A DNA stretch of 64,000 nt from Eledone cirrhosa (lineage: Eukaryota), in the NCBI GenBank assembly GCA_964016885.1, contig CAXHJY010001098.1, positions 15,695-79,694 of the forward strand, written 5' to 3'. Position numbers and translations under genes: made by a program. How positions within the stretch are numbered: position 1 is the first letter of the stretch; the number at the start of each line of letters is the position of its first letter. The notes under the pieces are model-generated. The model ran no database searches. It saw only the letters and a list, made by a program, of their open reading frames with translations, and was not told the origin of the DNA. Shown in pieces: positions 1-10,432 of this stretch.

Positions 1-2900
1 CATAGCCAATGAGTGTCTGCACATGTACCAGTAATTACAGATCGATCCGACCACGGGCGGCCGGCCCGCGATTGAAAAGGTAACTCCGCCGGCAAATCGT
101 CATTTTTGGATTCGTTTTCTTCGAAGCACACCATTCGCCGGCGGACTTTGTTGACGTTTAACACGGTTTGGTTCCACAGCCACAACTATTGATTTTACGG
201 AGATATCTTGCTGAAATTCACGCCGCACATAGCCAATGAGTGTCTGCACATGTACCAGTAATTACAGATCGATCTGACCACGGGCGGCCGGCCCGCGATT
301 GAAAAGGTAACTCCGCCGGCAAATCGTCATTTTTGGATTCGTTTTCTTCGAAGCACACCATTCGCCGGCGGACTTTGTTGACGTTTAACACGGTTTGGTT
401 CCACAGCCACAACTATTGATTTTACGGAGATATCTTGCTGAAATTCACGCCGCACATAGCCAATGAGTGTCTGCACATGTACCAGTAATTACAGATCGAT
501 CCGACCACGGCCGGCCGGCCCGCGATTGAAAAGGTAACTCCGCCGGCAAATCGTCATTTTTGGATTCGTTTTCTTCGAAGCACACCATTCGCCGGCGGAC
601 TTTGTTGACGTTTAACACGGTTTGGTTCCACAGCCACAACTATTGGTTTTACGGAGATATCTTGCTGAAATTCACGCCACACATAGCCAATGAGTGTCTG
701 CACATCTACCAGTAATTACAGATCGATCCGACCACGGGCGGCCGGCCCGCGATTGAAAAGGTAACTCCGCCGGCAAATCGTCATTTTTGGATTCGTTTTC
801 TTCGAAGCACACCATTCGCCGGCGGACTTTGTTGACGTTTAACACGGTTTGGTTCCACAGCCACAACTATTGAATTTACGGAGATATCTTGCTGAAATTC
901 ACGCCACACATAGCCAATGAGTGTCTGCACATGTACCAGTAATTACAGATCGATCCGACCACGGGCGGCCGGCCCGCGATTGAAAAGGTAACTCCGCCGG
1001 CAAATCGTCATTTTTGGATTCGTTTTCTTCGAAGCACACCATTCGCCGGCGGACTTTGTTGACGTTTAACACGGTTTGGTTCCACAGCCACAACTATTGA
1101 TTTTACGGAGATATCTTGCTGAAATTCACGCCGCACATAGCCAATGAGTGTCTGCACATGTACCAGTAATTACAGATCGATCTGACCACGGGCGGCCGGC
1201 CCGCGATTGAAAAGGTAACTCCGCCGGCAAATCGTCATTTTTGGATTCGTTTTCTTCGAAGCACACCATTCGCCGGCGGACTTTGTTGACGTTTAACACG
1301 GTTTGGTTCCACAGCCACAACTATTGAATTCACGGAGATATCTTGCTGAAATTCACGCCACACATAGCCAATGAGTGTCTGCACATGTACCAGTAATTAC
1401 AGATCGATCCGACCACGGGCGGCCGGCCCGCGATTGAAAAGGTAACTCCGCCGGCAAATCGTCATTTTTGGATTCGTTTTCTTCGAAGCACACCATTCGC
1501 CGGCGGACTTTGTTGACGTTTAACACGGTTTGGTTCCACAGCCACAACTATTGATTTTACGGAGATATCTTGCTGAAATTCACGCCGCACATAGCCAATG
1601 AGTGTCTGCACATGTACCAGTAATTACAGATCGATCCGACCACGGGCGGCCGGCCCGCGATTGAAAAGGTAACTCCGCCGGCAAATCGTCATTTTTGGAT
1701 TCGTTTTCTTCGAAGCACACCATTCGCCGGCGGACTTTGTTGACGTTTAACACGGTTTGGTTCCACAGCCACAACTATTGATTTTACGGAGATATCTTGC
1801 TGAAATTCACGCCGCACATAGCCAATGAGTGTCTGCACATGTACCAGTAATTACAGATCGATCTGACCACGGGCGGCCGGCCCGCGATTGAAAAGGTAAC
1901 TCCGCCGGCAAATCGTCATTTTTGGATTCGTTTTCTTCGAAGCACACCATTCGCCGGCGGACTTTGTTGACGTTTAACACGGTTTGGTTCCACAGCCACA
2001 ACTATTGATTTTACGGAGATATCTTGCTGAAATTCACGCCGCACATAGCCAATGAGTGTCTGCACATGTACCAGTAATTACAGATCGATCCGACCACGGC
2101 CGGCCGGCCCGCGATTGAAAAGGTAACTCCGCCGGCAAATCGTCATTTTTGGATTCGTTTTCTTCGAAGCACACCATTCGCCGGCGGACTTTGTTGACGT
2201 TTAACACGGTTTGGTTCCACAGCCACAACTATTGGTTTTACGGAGATATCTTGCTGAAATTCACGCCACACATAGCCAATGAGTGTCTGCACATCTACCA
2301 GTAATTACAGATCGATCCGACCACGGGCGGCCGGCCCGCGATTGAAAAGGTAACTCCGCCGGCAAATCGTCATTTTTGGATTCGTTTTCTTCGAAGCACA
2401 CCATTCGCCGGCGGACTTTGTTGACGTTTAACACGGTTTGGTTCCACAGCCACAACTATTGAATTTACGGAGATATCTTGCTGAAATTCACGCCACACAT
2501 AGCCAATGAGTGTCTGCACATGTACCAGTAATTACAGATCGATCCGACCACGGGCGGCCGGCCCGCGATTGAAAAGGTAACTCCGCCGGCAAATCGTCAT
2601 TTTTGGATTCGTTTTCTTCGAAGCACACCATTCGCCGGCGGACTTTGTTGACGTTTAACACGGTTTGGTTCCACAGCCACAACTATTGATTTTACGGAGA
2701 TATCTTGCTGAAATTCACGCCGCACATAGCCAATGAGTGTCTGCACATGTACCAGTAATTACAGATCGATCTGACCACGGGCGGCCGGCCCGCGATTGAA
2801 AAGGTAACTCCGCCGGCAAATCGTCATTTTTGGATTCGTTTTCTTCGAAGCACACCATTCGCCGGCGGACTTTGTTGACGTTTAACACGGTTTGGTTCCA
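1..2900. repeat. Local 7-monomer (1,589-bp) block duplication
   Basis: The rare linked alleles G57C+A192G followed by G25C (TGRC in the ORF track at 672 and 2261) recur 1,589 bp apart with the same neighbouring monomer types. A further copy lies at ~10887-12470 (marker at 11341). Boundaries are approximate. Confidence 0.85.
85..145. other. 13-bp inverted repeat with 35-nt spacer, present in every monomer (first copy given)
   Basis: TCCGCCGGCAAAT (85-97) and ATTCGCCGGCGGA (133-145) pair at 12 of 13 positions. The A94/C136 mismatch would be a G-U pair in a minus-strand RNA. Confidence 0.9.
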
Positions 2901-5438
2901 CAGCCACAACTATTGATTTTACGGAGATATCTTGCTGAAATTCACGCCGCACATAGCCAATGAGTGTCTGCACATGTACCAGTAATTACAGATCGATCTG
3001 ACCACGGGCGGCCGGCCCGCGATTGAAAAGGTAACTCCGCCGGCAAATCGTCATTTTTGGATTCGTTTTCTTCGAAGCACACCATTCGCCGGCGGACTTT
3101 GTTGACGTTTAACACGGTTTGGTTCCACAGCCACAACTATTGATTTTACGGAGATATCTTGCTGAAATTCACGCCGCACATAGCCAATGAGTGTCTGCAC
3201 ATGTACCAGTAATTACAGATCGATCTGACCACGGGCGGCCGGCCCGCGATTGAAAAGGTAACTCCGCCGGCAAATCGTCATTTTTGGATTCGTTTTCTTC
3301 GAAGCACACCATTCGCCGGCGGACTTTGTTGACGTTTAACACGGTTTGGTTCCACAGCCACAACTATTGAATTCACGGAGATATCTTGCTGAAATTCACG
3401 CCACACATAGCCAATGAGTGTCTGCACATGTACCAGTAATTACAGATCGATCCGACCACGGGCGGCCGGCCCGCGATTGAAAAGGTAACTCCGCCGGCAA
3501 ATCGTCATTTTTGGATTCGTTTTCTTCGAAGCACACCATTCGCCGGCGGACTTTGTTGACGTTTAACACGGTTTGGTTCCACAGCCACAACTATTGATTT
3601 TACGGAGATATCTTGCTGAAATTCACGCCGCACATAGCCAATGAGTGTCTGCACATGTACCAGTAATTACAGATCGATCCGACCACGGGCGGCCGGCCCG
3701 CGATTGAAAAGGTAACTCCGCCGGCAAATCGTCATTTTTGGATTCGTTTTCTTCGAAGCACACCATTCGCCGGCGGACTTTGTTGACGTTTAACACGGTT
3801 TGGTTCCACAGCCACAACTATTGATTTTACGGAGATATCTTGCTGAAATTCACGCCGCACATAGCCAATGAGTGTCTGCACATGTACCAGTAATTACAGA
3901 TCGATCCGACCACGGGCGGCCGGCCCGCGATTGAAAAGGTAACTCCGCCGGCAAATCGTCATTTTTGGATTCGTTTTCTTCGAAGCACACCATTCGCCGG
4001 CGGACTTTGTTGACGTTTAACACGGTTTGGTTCCACAGCCACAACTATTGATTTTACGGAGATATCTTGCTGAAATTCACGCCGCACATAGCCAATGAGT
4101 GTCTGCACATGTACCAGTAATTACAGATCGATCTGACCACGGGCGGCCGGCCCGCGATTGAAAAGGTAACTCCGCCGGCAAATCGTCATTTTTGGATTCG
4201 TTTTCTTCGAAGCACACCATTCGCCGGCGGACTTTGTTGACGTTTAACACGGTTTGGTTCCACAGCCACAACTATTGATTTTACGGAGATATCTTGCTGA
4301 AATTCACGCCGCACATAGCCAATGAGTGTCTGCACATGTACCAGTAATTACAGATCGATCTGACCACGGGCGGCCGGCCCGCGATTGAAAAGGTAACTCC
4401 GCCGGCAAATCGTCATTTTTGGATTCGTTTTCTTCGAAGCACACCATTCGCCGGCGGACTTTGTTGACGTTTAACACGGTTTGGTTCCACAGCCACAACT
4501 ATTGATTTTACGGAGATATCTTGCTGAAATTCACGCCGCACATAGCCAATGAGTGTCTGCACATGTACCAGTAATTACAGATCGATCTGACCACGGGCGG
4601 CCGGCCCGCGATTGAAAAGGTAACTCCGCCGGCAAATCGTCATTTTTGGATTCGTTTTCTTCGAAGCACACCATTCGCCGGCGGACTTTGTTGACGTTTA
4701 ACACGGTTTGGTTCCACAGCCACAACTATTGAATTCACGGAGATATCTTGCTGAAATTCACGCCACACATAGCCAATGAGTGTCTGCACATGTACCAGTA
4801 ATTACAGATCGATCCGACCACGGGCGGCCGGCCCGCGATTGAAAAGGTAACTCCGCCGGCAAATCGTCATTTTTGGATTCGTTTTCTTCGAAGCACACCA
4901 TTCGCCGGCGGACTTTGTTGACGTTTAACACGGTTTGGTTCCACAGCCACAACTATTGATTTTACGGAGATATCTTGCTGAAATTCACGCCGCACATAGC
5001 CAATGAGTGTCTGCACATGTACCAGTAATTACAGATCGATCCGACCACGGGCGGCCGGCCCGCGATTGAAAAGGTAACTCCGCCGGCAAATCGTCATTTT
5101 TGGATTCGTTTTCTTCGAAGCACACCATTCGCCGGCGGACTTTGTTGACGTTTAACACGGTTTGGTTCCACAGCCACAACTATTGATTTTACGGAGATAT
5201 CTTGCTGAAATTCACGCCGCACATAGCCAATGAGTGTCTGCACATGTACCAGTAATTACAGATCGATCCGACCACGGGCGGCCGGCCCGCGATTGAAAAG
5301 GTAACTCCGCCGGCAAATCGTCATTTTTGGATTCGTTTTCTTCGAAGCACACCATTCGCCGGCGGACTTTGTTGACGTTTAACACGGTTTGGTTCCACAG
5401 CCACAACTATTGATTTTACGGAGATATCTTGCTGAAAT
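2715..5438. repeat. Local 6-monomer (1,362-bp) block duplication
   Basis: The same order of monomer types occurs at 2715-4076 and 4077-5438: three C48T monomers (the third with GAATTC), then a G225A-type monomer, then two consensus monomers. Confidence 0.75.
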
Positions 5439-8400
5439 TCACGCCACACATAGCCAATGAGTGTCTGCACATGTACCAGTAATTACAGATCGATCCGACC
5501 ACGGGCGGCCGGCCCGCGATTAAAAAGGTAACTCCGCCGGCAAATCGTCATTTTTGGATTCGTTTTCTTCGAAGCACACCATTCGCCGGCGGACTTTGTT
5601 GACGTTTAACACGGTTTGGTTCCACAGCCACAACTATTGAATTTACGGAGATATCTTGCTGAAATTCACGCCACACATAGCCAATGAGTGTCTGCACATG
5701 TACCAGTAATTACAGATCGATCCGACCACGGGCGGCCGGCCCGCGATTGAAAAGGTAACTCCGCCGGCAAATCGTCATTTTTGGATTCGTTTTCTTCGAA
5801 GCACACCATTCGCCGGCGGACTTTGTTGACGTTTAACACGGTTTGGTTCCACAGCCACAACTATTGATTTCACGGAGATATCTTGCTGAAATTCACGCCG
5901 CACATAGCCAATGAGTGTCTGCACATGTACCAGTAATTACAGATCGATCCGACCACGGCCGGCCGGCCCGCGATTGAAAAGGTAACTCCGCCGGCAAATC
6001 GTCATTTTTGGATTCGTTTTCTTCGAAGCACACCATTCGCCGGCGGACTTTGTTGACGTTTAACACGGTTTGGTTCCACAGCCACAACTATTGAATTCAC
6101 GGAGATATCTTGCTGAAATTCACGCCACACATAGCCAATGAGTGTCTGCACATGTACCAGTAATTACAGATCGATCCGACCACGGGCGGCCGGCCCGCGA
6201 TTGAAAAGGTAACTCCGCCGGCAAATCGTCATTTTTGGATTCGTTTTCTTCGAAGCACACCATTCGCCGGCGGACTTTGTTGACGTTTAACACGGTTTGG
6301 TTCCACAGCCACAACTATTGATTTTACGGAGATATCTTGCTGAAATTCACGCCGCACATAGCCAATGAGTGTCTGCACATGTACCAGTAATTACAGATCG
6401 ATCCGACCACGGGCGGCCGGCCCGCGATTGAAAAGGTAACTCCGCCGGCAAATCGTCATTTTTGGATTCGTTTTCTTCGAAGCACACCATTCGCCGGCGG
6501 ACTTTGTTGACGTTTAACACGGTTTGGTTCCACAGCCACAACTATTGATTTTACGGAGATATCTTGCTGAAATTCACGCCGCACATAGCCAATGAGTGTC
6601 TGCACATGTACCAGTAATTACAGATCGATCCGACCACGGGCGGCCGGCCCGCGATTGAAAAGGTAACTCCGCCGGCAAATCGTCATTTTTGGATTCGTTT
6701 TCTTCGAAGCACACCATTCGCCGGCGGACATTGTTGACGTTTAACACGGTTTGGTTCCACAGCCACAACTATTGACTTTACGGAGATATCTTGCTGAAAT
6801 TCACGCCACACATAGCCAATGAGTGTCTGCACATGTACCAGTAATTACAGATCGATCCGACCACGGGCGGCCGGCCCGCGATTGAAAAGGTAACTCCGCC
6901 GGCAAATCGTCATTTTTGGATTCGTTTTCTTCGAAGCACACCATTCGCCGGCGGACTTTGTTGACGTTTAACACGGTTTGGTTCCACAGCCACAACTATT
7001 GATTTTACGGAGATATCTTGCTGAAATTCACGCCGCACATAGCCAATGAGTGTCTGCACATGTACCAGTAATTACAGATCGATCCGACCACGGGCGGCCG
7101 GCCCGCGATTGAAAAGGTAACTCCGCCGGCAAATCGTCATTTTTGGATTCGTTTTCTTCGAAGCACACCATTCGCCGGCGGACTTTGTTGACGTTTAACA
7201 CGGTTTGGTTCCACAGCCACAACTATTGATTTTACGGAGATATCTTGCTGAAATTCACGCCGCACATAGCCAATGAGTGTCTGCACATGTACCAGTAATT
7301 ACAGATCGATCTGACCACGGGCGGCCGGCCCGCGATTGAAAAGGTAACTCCGCCGGCAAATCGTCATTTTTGGATTCGTTTTCTTCGAAGCACACCATTC
7401 GCCGGCGGACTTTGTTGACGTTTAACACGGTTTGGTTCCACAGCCACAACTATTGATTTTACGGAGATATCTTGCTGAAATTCACGCCGCACATAGCCAA
7501 TGAGTGTCTGCACATGTACCAGTAATTACAGATCGATCTGACCACGGGCGGCCGGCCCGCGATTGAAAAGGTAACTCCGCCGGCAAATCGTCATTTTTGG
7601 ATTCGTTTTCTTCGAAGCACACCATTCGCCGGCGGACTTTGTTGACGTTTAACACGGTTTGGTTCCACAGCCACAACTATTGATTTTACGGAGATATCTT
7701 GCTGAAATTCACGCCGCACATAGCCAATGAGTGTCTGCACATGTACCAGTAATTACAGATCGATCTGACCACGGGCGGCCGGCCCGCGATTGAAAAGGTA
7801 ACTCCGCCGGCAAATCGTCATTTTTGGATTCGTTTTCTTCGAAGCACACCATTCGCCGGCGGACTTTGTTGACGTTTAACACGGTTTGGTTCCACAGCCA
7901 CAACTATTGAATTCACGGAGATATCTTGCTGAAATTCACGCCACACATAGCCAATGAGTGTCTGCACATGTACCAGTAATTACAGATCGATCCGACCACG
8001 GGCGGCCGGCCCGCGATTGAAAAGGTAACTCCGCCGGCAAATCGTCATTTTTGGATTCGTTTTCTTCGAAGCACACCATTCGCCGGCGGACTTTGTTGAC
8101 GTTTAACACGGTTTGGTTCCACAGCCACAACTATTGATTTTACGGAGATATCTTGCTGAAATTCACGCCGCACATAGCCAATGAGTGTCTGCACATGTAC
8201 CAGTAATTACAGATCGATCCGACCACGGGCGGCCGGCCCGCGATTGAAAAGGTAACTCCGCCGGCAAATCGTCATTTTTGGATTCGTTTTCTTCGAAGCA
8301 CACCATTCGCCGGCGGACTTTGTTGACGTTTAACACGGTTTGGTTCCACAGCCACAACTATTGATTTTACGGAGATATCTTGCTGAAATTCACGCCGCAC

Positions 8401-10432
8401 ATAGCCAATGAGTGTCTGCACATGTACCAGTAATTACAGATCGATCCGACCACGGGCGGCCGGCCCGCGATTGAAAAGGTAACTCCGCCGGCAAATCGTC
8501 ATTTTTGGATTCGTTTTCTTCGAAGCACACCATTCGCCGGCGGACTTTGTTGACGTTTAACACGGTTTGGTTCCACAGCCACAACTATTGATTTTACGGA
8601 GATATCTTGCTGAAATTCACGCCACACATAGCCAATGAGTGTCTGCACATGTACCAGTAATTACAGATCGATCCGACCACGGGCGGCCGGCCCGCGATTA
8701 AAAAGGTAACTCCGCCGGCAAATCGTCATTTTTGGATTCGTTTTCTTCGAAGCACACCATTCGCCGGCGGACTTTGTTGACGTTTAACACGGTTTGGTTC
8801 CACAGCCACAACTATTGAATTTACGGAGATATCTTGCTGAAATTCACGCCACACATAGCCAATGAGTGTCTGCACATGTACCAGTAATTACAGATCGATC
8901 CGACCACGGGCGGCCGGCCCGCGATTGAAAAGGTAACTCCGCCGGCAAATCGTCATTTTTGGATTCGTTTTCTTCGAAGCACACCATTCGCCGGCGGACT
9001 TTGTTGACGTTTAACACGGTTTGGTTCCACAGCCACAACTATTGATTTCACGGAGATATCTTGCTGAAATTCACGCCGCACATAGCCAATGAGTGTCTGC
9101 ACATGTACCAGTAATTACAGATCGATCCGACCACGGCCGGCCGGCCCGCGATTGAAAAGGTAACTCCGCCGGCAAATCGTCATTTTTGGATTCGTTTTCT
9201 TCGAAGCACACCATTCGCCGGCGGACTTTGTTGACGTTTAACACGGTTTGGTTCCACAGCCACAACTATTGAATTCACGGAGATATCTTGCTGAAATTCA
9301 CGCCACACATAGCCAATGAGTGTCTGCACATGTACCAGTAATTACAGATCGATCCGACCACGGGCGGCCGGCCCGCGATTGAAAAGGTAACTCCGCCGGC
9401 AAATCGTCATTTTTGGATTCGTTTTCTTCGAAGCACACCATTCGCCGGCGGACTTTGTTGACGTTTAACACGGTTTGGTTCCACAGCCACAACTATTGAT
9501 TTTACGGAGATATCTTGCTGAAATTCACGCCGCACATAGCCAATGAGTGTCTGCACATGTACCAGTAATTACAGATCGATCCGACCACGGGCGGCCGGCC
9601 CGCGATTGAAAAGGTAACTCCGCCGGCAAATCGTCATTTTTGGATTCGTTTTCTTCGAAGCACACCATTCGCCGGCGGACTTTGTTGACGTTTAACACGG
9701 TTTGGTTCCACAGCCACAACTATTGATTTTACGGAGATATCTTGCTGAAATTCACGCCGCACATAGCCAATGAGTGTCTGCACATGTACCAGTAATTACA
9801 GATCGATCCGACCACGGGCGGCCGGCCCGCGATTGAAAAGGTAACTCCGCCGGCAAATCGTCATTTTTGGATTCGTTTTCTTCGAAGCACACCATTCGCC
9901 GGCGGACATTGTTGACGTTTAACACGGTTTGGTTCCACAGCCACAACTATTGACTTTACGGAGATATCTTGCTGAAATTCACGCCACACATAGCCAATGA
10001 GTGTCTGCACATGTACCAGTAATTACAGATCGATCCGACCACGGGCGGCCGGCCCGCGATTGAAAAGGTAACTCCGCCGGCAAATCGTCATTTTTGGATT
10101 CGTTTTCTTCGAAGCACACCATTCGCCGGCGGACTTTGTTGACGTTTAACACGGTTTGGTTCCACAGCCACAACTATTGATTTTACGGAGATATCTTGCT
10201 GAAATTCACGCCGCACATAGCCAATGAGTGTCTGCACATGTACCAGTAATTACAGATCGATCCGACCACGGGCGGCCGGCCCGCGATTGAAAAGGTAACT
10301 CCGCCGGCAAATCGTCATTTTTGGATTCGTTTTCTTCGAAGCACACCATTCGCCGGCGGACTTTGTTGACGTTTAACACGGTTTGGTTCCACAGCCACAA
10401 CTATTGATTTTACGGAGATATCTTGCTGAAAT
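3850..10432. repeat. 14-monomer (3,178-bp) tandem block duplication
   Basis: G74A at 5522 and 8700, T196C-only at 5871 and 9049, and T147A+T193C monomers (ORFs 6574 and 9752) are each 3,178 bp apart. Confidence 0.9.

Noticed and set aside
75-118. Phased A/T tracts causing intrinsic curvature
   Set aside because: Only three or four short tracts (75-78, 94-97, 103-107, 115-118) are present, with irregular spacing, which is too weak to claim.
110-126. CENP-B box (nTTCGnnnnAnnCGGGn)
   Set aside because: ATTCGTTTTCTTCGAAG matches only 6 of the 9 essential positions (TTCG and CG). The A and the final GG are missing.
59-145. Self-cleaving ribozyme in satellite (HDV-like GGCCGGC...GCCGGC P1, or hammerhead)
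   Set aside because: The GGCCGGC/GCCGGC pairing is explained by the self-complementary hexamer, and I cannot build P1.1/P2/P3 or the catalytic J4/2. There is no CTGANGA...GAAA core: the closest is minus-strand ATGACGA, without a suitably placed GAAA.
165-185. 5S rRNA, tRNA or SINE (Pol III B-box-like GGTTCCACAGCC)
   Set aside because: It deviates from GTTCRANNC, there is no A box at a suitable distance, no cloverleaf, and no recognisable 5S sequence.
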